Sequence record: SRR22947727_410
Length of the DNA: 37,291 nt
Direction: 5' to 3' (one strand)
In this document: positions 1-9,551 of the stretch, in pieces
Numbering within the stretch: position 1 is the stretch's first letter
Layout: every line of letters starts with the position of its first letter
The notes under the pieces: generated by a model
What the model was told of the DNA's origin: nothing
The model's input: only the letters and a program-made list of their open reading frames with translations
The model's database searches: none
Position numbers and translations under genes: made by a program

Positions 1-601
1 ATGCTGAGTTGTTTAATTTCTTTTCGTGAACTAGATTTAGAACTAAAGCGCTTTCATTATAATTTTTTTTAAAAGTTTTATTCCCAACTATTTTTTTTGT
101 TTGGCTATTTTTTCCATCTGCAGCAATTATTATATTTGAATTAATTATTGAATTATTTGAGAAAGCTCTTGTATTTTTATCCTTAAGCTCAACATTAGAT
201 AAATTAAAACCGTATTTGAGTTTTGTGTTTTTAAATTTCTTTAGTTCATTTATTAAAATTTTACTAAATTTATTATTTTCTATTACATATCCTAGTTTTT
301 TATTTTTTATTTGATTGCTAAAAAGTATTTTATTGTGTGATGATCGATCATAAACATTTATGTTTTTAATTGGCTCTGCATAACCCTCTAAGTGGCTCCA
401 CAGAGATAAACTTTCTAAAAAAATTTTTGATCCTTCAGAAACTGCAACTGTTCTTGTGTCTTTAAAGGAGTTTTGTGAATTAATTAAACTTTTCTTATCT
501 ACCAAAGTAACTTTATAATTTAGGCTAGATAAACTGTGTGCAGCCACTAAACCCACAAGGCCTGACCCCACTATAAGCACATCAGTATTCAATTCTTTCA
601 T
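1..601 (-). CDS. ubiH: FAD-dependent monooxygenase, UbiH/UbiI family (5' part only; runs off window)
   Basis: Not in ORF track. Hand translation from ATG at 601: MKELNTDVLIVGSGLVGLVAAHSLSSLNYKVTLVDKK...DTRTVAVSEGSKKFLESLSLW; GxGxxG Rossmann motif plus D-x-R motif; divergent from ftsK as usual in alphaproteobacteria. Confidence 0.8.
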   Translation of the reverse strand, partial: MKELNTDVLIVGSGLVGLVAAHSLSSLNYKVTLVDKKSLINSQNSFKDTRTVAVSEGSKIFLESLSLWSHLEGYAEPIKNINVYDRSSHNKILFSNQIKNKKLGYVIENNKFSKILINELKKFKNTKLKYGFNLSNVELKDKNTRAFSNNSIINSNIIIAADGKNSQTKKIVGNKTFKKNYNESALVLNLVHEKKLNNSA

Positions 602-654
602 AATTTTCTTCGAATTACCTTATTCTATATGTATTACAAATTATATTATTAATT

Positions 655-2862
655 ATGTTCAATTATGGTAGTTTCAAATTATTGCTATTAAAGATATTTG
701 TAGGGATATTACTTTTTAGTTTTTCTTTATTTTTATTTATTAGTATTATCAGTTATAGCCCAAGCGATCCAGGAATAGGTAGGTTGGTTGAAAAGTCAGA
801 AATTGCTAACTTTTTTGGAATTTGGGGCGCTATTTCTTCAAGTGCATTATTAATATTGTACGGCAAAGCATCATTTTTATTTGTTATTTTTTTAATGTAT
901 TTAAGTATTTTTTTAGTTTTGGGCATGCAGCTAAAAAAACCATTTCTAAAAATTTTTTTAATTTTATTATCTATAACATTATTTAATATTTCATTATTAC
1001 TTCAACAAAATTTTAAAGTAGAGACAGGATTATTTTCTACAATTTTATTTGATATTTATAAATCTTATTTCCCTTTTTTGGTTGATGATTTTTTATACAG
1101 ATTATTGACTATGGTGTGTTTTACATTGGTATCAATTTTTTTATTTTTTTATTGTTTTTCTATAAAGATTATTTTTTTTAGAAATATTTTTTTAAAAGTC
1201 TTAAGTTTCAATTTTTTTAAACCCTTAAATAATATCAGTTTTCCAGAATTAAAAAAAACCAAACCCAACCCATCGCTAAGAACAAAAAGTGAGCCAACAA
1301 TAAATAAAAGAGCTAAAAGCTTTTTACACAAAACAAAACAAAACAAAAAAATTTCTGGTAGTGAATTTATCTTTCATCTTCCTCAGACTAATATTTTATC
1401 AAAATCTAGTACAAAAATATCTCAAAAAAAAGAAACTGATAATATCAATAAGGAAAACTCAACAAAACTAGAAAAGGTTTTGGAAGAATATGGAGTTGTT
1501 GGAAAGATTGTAGGTTACAAAACTGGACCAATAGTTACATTATATGAATTTATTCCAAGCGCAGGCATAAAAGCAAGTAAAGTAATTGGGCTTGCAGATG
1601 ACATAGCAAGAGCAATGTCCTCTGTGTCTGCTAGAATATCTTCTCAACCAGGAAAAACCAGTTTAGGAATTGAAATACCAAACTTAAAAAGACAGGGAGT
1701 AATGTTTGGTGATTTGGTTGATAATCCAAAATTTTATGAGTTAAATAGTTGTTTAACTTTAGCTTTAGGAAAAGACATATCAGGCCAACTGGTTTTTGCA
1801 GATTTAGAGAAAATGCCCCATCTTTTAATTGCTGGCACAACGGGATCTGGTAAATCTGTTGGTATAAACACGATAATAATGAGCATACTTTATAGGTTTA
1901 GGCCTGATGAGTGTAAGCTTATTTTAATAGATCCTAAGATGCTCGAGTTGAGCATTTATGAAAACATACCCCATCTTTTAACACCCGTTGTGACGAACCC
2001 GAACAAGGCTGTGTTTGCCCTAAAGTGGGTTGTTAAGGAAATGGAAGAAAGATACAAATTAATGAGCTCCTTAAATGTAAAGAACATAAATTCATATAAT
2101 GAAAAATCAAAAAAAATACTCTCTACTGGAAAAAAATTGTATAAAAATGTTCAAACGGGAATTGATGGAGAAACAAGACAACCAATTTTAGAAAAAAGAG
2201 AAATTCCACTTGAGAAGATGCCTTTTATAGTTGTTGTTATTGATGAAATGGCCGATCTTATGATGGTTGCTGGAAAAGAAGTTGAAAACCTTGTTCAAAG
2301 ATTAGCTCAAATGGCTAGGGCGTCAGGGATTCACTTGGTAACAGCAACTCAAAGACCCAGTGTTGATGTTATAACAGGAACAATAAAAGCAAATTTTCCA
2401 AGTAGGTTAAGTTATAAAGTAGCAAGCAAGTTTGATAGTAGAACAATTTTAAATGAAATGGGAGCAGAACAACTGCTTGGTAGTGGAGATATGTTGTTTT
2501 TAGAAAATGGAGCAAGCCTAAAAAGACTGCATGGAGGGTTTTTGTCCGAAGTAGAAATTGAAAAAGTTGTAAAATCAATAAAGGAACAAGCTATTTTCGA
2601 TCAAAAAAACGAAATTACTCTTGAGGAAAAAAATGAAGATGGGTCTATGGGTTTTAACTTTGATGATGGTGAGGTTGATGCCCTTTATGCAAAAGCAGTG
2701 AATATAGTAATTGAACAACAAAAAGTATCTACTAGTTACATTCAACGCTATTTACAAATTGGCTATAATAGAGCTGCAAGAATTGTTGAAAAAATGGAAG
2801 ATGAAGGATTAATTTCTGAGGCGAATAATGCTGGTAAAAGACAAGTTCTTAGAAAAAACTAA
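655..2862 (+). CDS. ftsK: DNA translocase FtsK
   Basis: N-terminal TM helices, PHLLIAGTTGSGKSV Walker A, VVVIDEMADLMM Walker B, C-terminal gamma domain IQRYLQIGYNRAARIVE. Confidence 0.98.
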   Translation: MFNYGSFKLLLLKIFVGILLFSFSLFLFISIISYSPSDPGIGRLVEKSEIANFFGIWGAISSSALLILYGKASFLFVIFLMYLSIFLVLGMQLKKPFLKIFLILLSITLFNISLLLQQNFKVETGLFSTILFDIYKSYFPFLVDDFLYRLLTMVCFTLVSIFLFFYCFSIKIIFFRNIFLKVLSFNFFKPLNNISFPELKKTKPNPSLRTKSEPTINKRAKSFLHKTKQNKKISGSEFIFHLPQTNILSKSSTKISQKKETDNINKENSTKLEKVLEEYGVVGKIVGYKTGPIVTLYEFIPSAGIKASKVIGLADDIARAMSSVSARISSQPGKTSLGIEIPNLKRQGVMFGDLVDNPKFYELNSCLTLALGKDISGQLVFADLEKMPHLLIAGTTGSGKSVGINTIIMSILYRFRPDECKLILIDPKMLELSIYENIPHLLTPVVTNPNKAVFALKWVVKEMEERYKLMSSLNVKNINSYNEKSKKILSTGKKLYKNVQTGIDGETRQPILEKREIPLEKMPFIVVVIDEMADLMMVAGKEVENLVQRLAQMARASGIHLVTATQRPSVDVITGTIKANFPSRLSYKVASKFDSRTILNEMGAEQLLGSGDMLFLENGASLKRLHGGFLSEVEIEKVVKSIKEQAIFDQKNEITLEEKNEDGSMGFNFDDGEVDALYAKAVNIVIEQQKVSTSYIQRYLQIGYNRAARIVEKMEDEGLISEANNAGKRQVLRKN

Positions 2863-3415
2863 GATAATAATTTTAATTTTGTGTTTTTCACAAAATTTAA
2901 GTGCTGAAAATCTTTATGAAAAAATTTTCAATTATAATAATGAATTAAAAAATAGTTCAGCTAACTTTATCCAAACAAACATCAGCCACGTTCAAGAAGG
3001 AATAATTTTTTTTGGTAATGAACGTATAAAAATTAATTATAATAACCCAGAGAAATTAACAATTATTTTATCTGATAAAAAAGGGGTTTATATAAATCAT
3101 GGACTTCAAGAGTCAGAATTTTTTATAACAAAAAAAAGTTATATTAAAATTTTTTTTGATATTTTTCAAAAAAAACATCATTTAAAAAACATGTCTATAG
3201 AAGGAACTGCTGATCACATAGTAATCAGTGAAGAAGCTTATCTGGATGACGCCTTATACACTATTAAAATGGTTTATGAAAATGATCCAATTCAGTTAAG
3301 ACGTTTAGAAATTATAAGTAATGATGAGAAAATTCAAATGGGTTTTTTTAATCATAATAAAGAAAATATTTTTGATAAAAGTTTTTTTTCTATGATTGAT
3401 CCTTATTTACAATAA
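2828..3415 (+). CDS. lolA: Outer-membrane lipoprotein carrier LolA-like protein
   Basis: Signal-peptide-like N-terminus, SANFIQ...GIIFF...IKINY pattern, position directly after ftsK; start uncertain. Confidence 0.7.
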   Translation: MLVKDKFLEKTKIIILILCFSQNLSAENLYEKIFNYNNELKNSSANFIQTNISHVQEGIIFFGNERIKINYNNPEKLTIILSDKKGVYINHGLQESEFFITKKSYIKIFFDIFQKKHHLKNMSIEGTADHIVISEEAYLDDALYTIKMVYENDPIQLRRLEIISNDEKIQMGFFNHNKENIFDKSFFSMIDPYLQ

Positions 3416-4015
3416 AAAATTCAAGTAAATTTTATTACCTTTAGATATGATTTTTAACTTGCTGTTTATTTTTAATAGCTTGTTTCTAATCCTCGTAAGA
3501 TGGCTTTCTATTGTTTTTGTTTCAGTTTCTTTTTTTATTCTTAAAACAGATTCTAAAAGTAAGCTTTTTTCAGTTTCTTGTTGATCGATCAATAATGTCA
3601 AAATATCTTTCTCAAGAGGCGTTAGAGTTGTTTCTTTCTCCGTTTTATTATTAGTTATTTTTTCTCCTTGAATTTTAATATCCCCATAAATAATTGAATT
3701 TTTAACAAAAAAAGTTGTGACCTCATCTATAAATTTATTAATATTTATAGGTTTATTAAATGTTTTTATGTCGTATAAAGTTTTTCTGTTAGGATTGTTG
3801 TTTGTTGTATAAAAAATTACGACATTATTTTTATAAAAAAAAGACTTATGAAAATTTTCTTCAAAAGCCTCACTAACAATTAAAAATATATTTTGATTAA
3901 TAAAACCATCCTTTTTAAGTGTTGCTAGAGAGGTGTTGTGGACTTCAAAACTTATAAACATGTCATTTAAAAGTTGATTAATGTTTTTTTCAGAATAAAG
4001 ATAAAATTCTTTCAT
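3407..4015 (-). CDS. OmpR-type winged-helix transcription regulator with degenerate receiver domain
   Basis: C-terminal LTPLEKDILTLL...TKTIESHLTRIRNKL; KPININKF receiver remnant; 4-bp overlap with yggS. Confidence 0.75.
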   Translation of the reverse strand: MKEFYLYSEKNINQLLNDMFISFEVHNTSLATLKKDGFINQNIFLIVSEAFEENFHKSFFYKNNVVIFYTTNNNPNRKTLYDIKTFNKPININKFIDEVTTFFVKNSIIYGDIKIQGEKITNNKTEKETTLTPLEKDILTLLIDQQETEKSLLLESVLRIKKETETKTIESHLTRIRNKLLKINSKLKIISKGNKIYLNFLL

Positions 4016-4650
4016 ACTCTTTTTCCAAAAAGTATAGTCCCTAGTCGAATATATTTAGGGTCAAATTCTAAAGCTTGTTCATAATCAGAGCTCATTCCGA
4101 TACTAGGCCTTCCTAACCCACACTCTTTTGTAAGATCAATTATGGTTTGAAAATGTTTTAATGGGCTTTGATTAATAGGTGGGATACACATTAATCCCTC
4201 TATGTTGTTTAAACCTTGTGCTTTACAAAGATTTAAAAAATTTTTTGTATCCTCTGGAAATACTCCACTTTTTGTAATTTCTTTTCCTGTATTAACCTGA
4301 ATAAAAAAAGATTTTTCCTTTATTATTTCTGGAAATTTTATTAGCTCCTTTAAAAGTTTTTCTCTATCTAGTGTATGAAAAACATCAAATAAAGAGAGTG
4401 CTTGCTTAACTTTGTTGGACTGCAAAGGACCGGTTAGATGTAGTTTTATTTTTTTGTTTACCTTTTTAATTTCTTCAAATTTAGATCTAGCTTCTTGTAC
4501 TCTATTTTCACCAAAAATCTCTAAACCAAATGATATAGCTTTTTCAACCTCTTCGAGGGGATGATTCTTAGAAATGGCTATAATTTCAGTTTTTTTACCC
4601 AAAAAGTCAGTATCTTTCTGTATTTTTTGATATTTTTTAAAACTAAACAT
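4012..4650 (-). CDS. yggS: Pyridoxal phosphate homeostasis protein
   Basis: IIAISKNH, FGENRVQEA, GPLQSNK, GLMCIPP, SIGMSSDY, IRLGTILFG motifs; start moved to ATG 4650 because the ORF-track extension lies in the porin promoter region. Confidence 0.95.
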   Translation of the reverse strand: MFSFKKYQKIQKDTDFLGKKTEIIAISKNHPLEEVEKAISFGLEIFGENRVQEARSKFEEIKKVNKKIKLHLTGPLQSNKVKQALSLFDVFHTLDREKLLKELIKFPEIIKEKSFFIQVNTGKEITKSGVFPEDTKNFLNLCKAQGLNNIEGLMCIPPINQSPLKHFQTIIDLTKECGLGRPSIGMSSDYEQALEFDPKYIRLGTILFGKRV

Positions 4651-4740
4651 TGTTTTTTGTTGTAATTTTACAACACCTTTAAAAAAAGTTATTAGATTCT
4701 TAAGCTTTTTTTGTACATTTTTCAAATTTTTAATAAATAC

Positions 4741-4800
4741 CATTAGTAATGAAAGAAAGTCTTTCATTAATTAATGAATATTCATTAACTCAAAAGGAGT
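4741..4800 (+). promoter_or_regulatory. Porin 5' leader: overlapping inverted repeats plus Shine-Dalgarno AAGGAG (4794-4799)
   Basis: TAATGAAAGA-aag-TCTTTCATTA (4747-4769), TTCATTAATTAATGAA (4763-4778), TTAATGAATATTCATTAA (4771-4788). Confidence 0.6.
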
Positions 4801-4804
4801 AATT

Positions 4805-5851
4805 ATGAAAAAAGAACTATTAATGGCTACTGCCTTAGTATCTACTCTTGGTGCAGCTTCTGTTGCTCAAGCTGTTACAGCTACTATGTCAGGTAGCATG
4901 AAAATTGGTGCTGAGTTTGACTCACCTGAAAGTGGTGTTGATACTCAAAACGTAGTTGATCTATCTAACTTTAGTGTTTCTCTTAGTGAAACTACTGATG
5001 CTGGAACTACTATTTCAAGTAGCTTTGGTGTGATCGATGAAGGTGCTACTGACATCGGTGATGATGATAATGCGATTAAATTAACTTTCACTGACGGATC
5101 AGCTGTTGAATTACTAAACGCTGGTAACGCTGCTGGTACAAGCGTTGTTGCTGTTCCTAGTGGAGCAGGTGAAATGGGTGTTGCAGGTGCAACTACTAAC
5201 AGAACTGTAACAGACTTAGATGGTGGTGCAGGTTCTACTAAACTAGGTGTGGAATGGCACTCTGCTGCTGATTTCCTAGCTGATGGTTTAAAAATGTCTG
5301 CTTCTTATAGTACTGACGATGGAACTGCTAAAGCTGCTACTGCAAGAATGGAAAATTCTTGGGGTGTAGGTGCTACTTATGTAACTTCTGCTGGTGATAC
5401 TGCCCTTACTGTTGGTGCTGGTTTTTCTGGTGGTGATGTTGCTAATACAGGTACACAAACTACTGGTGGAAAAGAAGGCTTCCATGCTGGTGTTAGTGCA
5501 GTAACTGGTGACTTAACTGTAGCAGTTGGTTACGGTGATGGTAATAGCTTTGATGGCACAGCTACTAACCAAGATGTAGAATTTAGTGTTTTAAAAGCTG
5601 GTATTAGTTATGTAACTGGTGACCTTACGTTAGCAGTTGGTGCTACTGCAGCTACGGCTAAAGACTCAGCATTTGGATCAACTACAACTGCTGATGACTC
5701 TAAAGATACTTTGAGTGGTAGTGTGACTTATTCAGTTGCTTCTGGTGTTTCAGCTGTTGTGGGTTACTTAACTGAAGATCATCAAAATGATGGTCAATCA
5801 GCTACTACTGGTGGATCTTCTTGGTATATTGGCGCAACTATGTCATTCTAA
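4805..5851 (+). CDS. Major outer-membrane porin
   Basis: Signal peptide ending AQA, Gly/Ala/Thr/Ser-rich amphipathic beta strands, terminal WYIGATMSF, strong GCT/GGT/ACT codon bias, good SD and own terminator. Confidence 0.9.
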   Translation: MKKELLMATALVSTLGAASVAQAVTATMSGSMKIGAEFDSPESGVDTQNVVDLSNFSVSLSETTDAGTTISSSFGVIDEGATDIGDDDNAIKLTFTDGSAVELLNAGNAAGTSVVAVPSGAGEMGVAGATTNRTVTDLDGGAGSTKLGVEWHSAADFLADGLKMSASYSTDDGTAKAATARMENSWGVGATYVTSAGDTALTVGAGFSGGDVANTGTQTTGGKEGFHAGVSAVTGDLTVAVGYGDGNSFDGTATNQDVEFSVLKAGISYVTGDLTLAVGATAATAKDSAFGSTTTADDSKDTLSGSVTYSVASGVSAVVGYLTEDHQNDGQSATTGGSSWYIGATMSF

Positions 5852-5874
5852 TCCAAGATTAGTATAATTTTTAT

Positions 5875-5907
5875 AAAACGGCACTTTTTTAAAGTGCCGT
5901 TTTTTTT
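5875..5907 (+). terminator. Rho-independent terminator of the porin gene (possibly bidirectional)
   Basis: AAAACGGCACTTT-ttt-AAAGTGCCGTTTT hairpin followed by T tract, about 24 nt after the stop. Confidence 0.9.
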
Positions 5908-5947
5908 ATGTTTTACTTTTTCTCACCAATACAATATTTATCAAAAA

Positions 5948-6547
5948 ATGAAAAAATCCTATCTATTTGTTGTAATTTTTATATTTCTTTTGAGTGGTTG
6001 TAATAACAATTTATCAGATGAAGAAAAAAAAGGATTGTGGAATAAAGCACAAACACAAGGCGAGATAGTAAGTAGATCAGGCACCCCTTTTAATTTAGCA
6101 ACTGATAAAGATTTAGCAATGTCTGATGCTCAAAACAGATTAATTACTGGTGGCGGGCTGCTTGGAAATAAAGCAAGTTTTGGTTTTTTAGAAGGTGAAA
6201 AAAATAGCTCCTCTGAAATATCGGCTGTGGGATTACCTATAAATCCTTACTTGTGGAAAGCCTCTTTAGAAACAATAGATTTTATGCCCCTTTCTTCGAC
6301 TGATCCTTTTGCGGGCATAATTATTACTGATTGGTATACTTCTGAAAATAACACAGGGGAACGGTGCAAACTTAATATTTTTGTTAATGGGGCAGATCTT
6401 AAAACCAATAACTTGAAAGTGTCTTCGTTTTGTCAATCACTTGAAAACAACCAATGGGTTAACAAGTCCCCAATAAAAGAAGATAATATAAGATTAGAAA
6501 ATGTTATTCTTAATAAAGCAAAAAAACTAAAATTAACCTCTGGTTAA
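5948..6547 (+). CDS. DUF3576 family lipoprotein
   Basis: MKKSYLFVVIFIFLLSGC lipobox; INPYLWKASLETIDFMPLSSTDPFAGIIITDWY signature; upstream of leuS; start moved to ATG 5948. Confidence 0.85.
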   Translation: MKKSYLFVVIFIFLLSGCNNNLSDEEKKGLWNKAQTQGEIVSRSGTPFNLATDKDLAMSDAQNRLITGGGLLGNKASFGFLEGEKNSSSEISAVGLPINPYLWKASLETIDFMPLSSTDPFAGIIITDWYTSENNTGERCKLNIFVNGADLKTNNLKVSSFCQSLENNQWVNKSPIKEDNIRLENVILNKAKKLKLTSG

Positions 6548-6552
6548 ACATA

Positions 6553-9069
6553 GTGTCTACTCGATACAATCATAAAATTGCTGAAAAAAAATGGCAAAAA
6601 GAATGGATTGAACAAAAAATTTTTGAAACCAAGAAAGATACAAGCAAAGAAAAATATTATGTTTTAGAAATGTTTCCTTACCCTTCTGGAAAAATTCACA
6701 TGGGCCATGTAAGAAATTATACACTTGGGGATGTGGTTGCTAGATATAAAAAATTAAAAGGTTTTAATGTTATGCACCCAATGGGCTGGGATGCGTTTGG
6801 TTTACCAGCTGAAAATGCAGCAATGACAGAAAAAAAAAGCCCAGAAGAGTGGACATACAAAAATATAAAAACTATGAAATCTCAGCTGAAAAGTATGGGG
6901 TTTTCTTTTGATTGGCGCAAAGAACTAGCAACGTGTCATCCAGAATACTACAAACATGAGCAAGAGTTTTTTATTGAAATGTTTAAAAGCGGTCTAGCTT
7001 ATAAAAAAGAGTCTGAGGTAAACTGGGATCCTGTAGACAAAACTGTGCTTGCAAATGAACAGGTTATTGATGGTCGTGGATGGCGATCAGGAGCAGAGGT
7101 TGAAAAAAAATTTTTATCCCAATGGTTCTTAAAGACTAGTAAATATTCAAATGAATTACTTAATGAGCTGGATAACCTGGGTGAATGGCCTGATAAGGTC
7201 AAGACTATGCAAAAAAACTGGATTGGAAAATCAGAGGGGGCAGAAATAAACTTTAGTTTAATAAATAAAGAACACAAAGGTTTTGAAATTAAGATTTATA
7301 CAACGCGACCAGATACTATATTTGGAGCTACGTTTATTGCAATTTCTTGTCAACACCCACTTGTAGAAGAGCTGATCAAAACCAATCATAAAGTAAAAAA
7401 ATTTATAAAAGAGTGTGAACAATCAAACTCAGAAAAAGACAAGCTTGGTTTTAACACAATAATAAAAGCTCAACATCCCATTACCAAGAAAACAATACCT
7501 GTCTATATTGCTAACTTTGTTTTAATGGATTATGGGCTTGGAGCCATTTTTGGATGCCCTGCACATGATCAGAGAGATCTTGATTTTGCAAATAAATATA
7601 ATTTAGATGTAATTAAGGTTGTAGAAAATAAAAAAGAAAACACCAAAATAACTAATATAGCCTCAACTGGTGATGGTACGTTGATTAATTCTGATTTTCT
7701 AAACGGACTAAATGTTGACGATGCTAAAAAAAAGATTGTGGAATTTATTGAAACAAGTGGTCTGGGCTCTAAAAAAATCAACTACAAACTCAGAGATTGG
7801 GGGGTTTCACGGCAGAGATATTGGGGATGTCCAATCCCCATCCTATACAGAGAAGATGGTGAAATAGTGCCTGTGAGCAAAAAAGATCTACCTGTTCTTC
7901 TTCCAAAAAACAATGCAATAAACGGCGTTCTCACATCCCTAAAAGATGCAGAGGATTGGAAATTAACCTCATGTCCTGAAACTGGAATGAAGGCTGTGAG
8001 AGAAACAGATACTTTTGATACTTTTTTTGAGTCGTCTTGGTATTTTTTAAGGTTTTGTAATCCTAAACTGAATAACTCGTTAGATGTTGATGAAATAAAA
8101 TATTGGTTACCTGTTGATCAATACATAGGTGGTATAGAACACGCTATCTTGCACCTACTTTATTCTCGTTTTTTTACCAAGGCTCTAAGGGATTTAAATT
8201 ATATAAACTTAAATGAACCATTTAAAGGTCTTTTTACACAAGGAATGGTGACACACAGAACTTTTAAAAACGCCAATAATGAATGGGTAGAACCTGGTGA
8301 CGTTATAAGAAAAAAAGATCTGCTTTTCGATAAAAATAATAGCCTAGTATCAACTGGAAATATTGAAAAGATGAGTAAATCAAAAAAAAATGTCATTGAC
8401 CCAGGAGAAATAATAAACTTGTATGGCGCTGATACCGCAAGGTGGTTTGTTTTATCTGATAGTCCACCTGAAAGGGATTTAGAGTGGACAGAAACAGGTG
8501 TGGTTGCTTCCTATAAATTCATAAATAAAATTTGGGACTTATTTGAAAAATCAACAACTTACAAAAAAAGCCCAGAAGAGACCGATCAAAGCTCATTAAG
8601 AAAATTTGATAAAATTATTAGTGAAATCTCCACAAACATAGAGGGTTTTCATTTCAATAAATCAGTCGCTAAAATATATGAATATGTGAATCTTTTATCA
8701 TCTCTTGTATCAAAAAAATCAATCGTTAAGGAGGACTTATCTGAAATCATTGAAAAACTTACAATAATTATTCACCCCTTTATACCTCATATAAGTGAAG
8801 AAATTTGGCAAGAAATGGGAAAAAAAGGGCTTTGCATTTCAGCTAAATGGCCAAAAACCCAAGGCATTTATAAAGAAGATGTTATTAAAATGCCCATACA
8901 AGTTAACGGAAAAACCAGGTCTTTAATTGATGTTGTTTCTAACGAAGACAAAGAGGTGATTATGAAAAGAGTTATGTTAGATCCTAAAATAATTAAAAAT
9001 ATTGAAAATAAAAAAATTATAAAAACAGTATTTGTGCCTAACAAAATTGTTAATTTGGTAATAAAATGA
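6553..9069 (+). CDS. leuS: Leucine--tRNA ligase
   Basis: MFPYPSGKIHMGH (HIGH), TTRPDT and PAHDQRD editing motifs, KMSKS; GTG start. Confidence 0.99.
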   Translation: MSTRYNHKIAEKKWQKEWIEQKIFETKKDTSKEKYYVLEMFPYPSGKIHMGHVRNYTLGDVVARYKKLKGFNVMHPMGWDAFGLPAENAAMTEKKSPEEWTYKNIKTMKSQLKSMGFSFDWRKELATCHPEYYKHEQEFFIEMFKSGLAYKKESEVNWDPVDKTVLANEQVIDGRGWRSGAEVEKKFLSQWFLKTSKYSNELLNELDNLGEWPDKVKTMQKNWIGKSEGAEINFSLINKEHKGFEIKIYTTRPDTIFGATFIAISCQHPLVEELIKTNHKVKKFIKECEQSNSEKDKLGFNTIIKAQHPITKKTIPVYIANFVLMDYGLGAIFGCPAHDQRDLDFANKYNLDVIKVVENKKENTKITNIASTGDGTLINSDFLNGLNVDDAKKKIVEFIETSGLGSKKINYKLRDWGVSRQRYWGCPIPILYREDGEIVPVSKKDLPVLLPKNNAINGVLTSLKDAEDWKLTSCPETGMKAVRETDTFDTFFESSWYFLRFCNPKLNNSLDVDEIKYWLPVDQYIGGIEHAILHLLYSRFFTKALRDLNYINLNEPFKGLFTQGMVTHRTFKNANNEWVEPGDVIRKKDLLFDKNNSLVSTGNIEKMSKSKKNVIDPGEIINLYGADTARWFVLSDSPPERDLEWTETGVVASYKFINKIWDLFEKSTTYKKSPEETDQSSLRKFDKIISEISTNIEGFHFNKSVAKIYEYVNLLSSLVSKKSIVKEDLSEIIEKLTIIIHPFIPHISEEIWQEMGKKGLCISAKWPKTQGIYKEDVIKMPIQVNGKTRSLIDVVSNEDKEVIMKRVMLDPKIIKNIENKKIIKTVFVPNKIVNLVIK

Positions 9070-9551
9070 TTATAAAATATACTGCCTTCACTCTCTTGTT
9101 GTTTATTTTCTCATGCAGCAACATTGAGTTCGTGTTGAAAGACAGTAACTTAAAAAATCCACTCAAAAACAACACAGTGCTGTTAGTTGATAAAAATTCA
9201 GAAGAAAGGTTTATGAGAGGTTTGTATTCTAATTTTGGAAACAATGAAAAATATGAGTACATTCTAAAAACAACGTTTTTAGAAAAGAAAGAAAATAGAA
9301 TTGTGAAAAATAACCAAGTTGCAGAAAAAATAGAATATACTCTAGAGGTTAATTATGACCTATTTTATAAAACAATCGAATGTAAGATATATAATAAGAA
9401 AATTATTTCAAAATTTTCTTTTACACCTAAATCTACTGGATATAACTTTGGAAGCGATAGGTCTTTTGATAAATTATACGACAGTAGCGTTGATCAGAAT
9501 ATAAATAATTTTATTGACGATCTTCAAATAAATAAAAGTTGTTTAGAGTGA
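9066..9551 (+). CDS. lptE: LPS-assembly lipoprotein LptE-like
   Basis: Lipobox IFSC; conserved leuS-lptE-holA order; sequence itself divergent. Confidence 0.6.
   Translation: MIIKYTAFTLLLFIFSCSNIEFVLKDSNLKNPLKNNTVLLVDKNSEERFMRGLYSNFGNNEKYEYILKTTFLEKKENRIVKNNQVAEKIEYTLEVNYDLFYKTIECKIYNKKIISKFSFTPKSTGYNFGSDRSFDKLYDSSVDQNINNFIDDLQINKSCLE

Noticed and set aside
4651-4767. N-terminal extension of yggS in the ORF track
   Set aside because: Family homology begins near ATG 4650 and the extension covers the divergent promoter region
4805-5851. Porin as a horizontally acquired island because of higher G+C
   Set aside because: Explained by Gly/Ala/Thr richness and expression-linked codon bias; third positions remain T/A; no mobility signs
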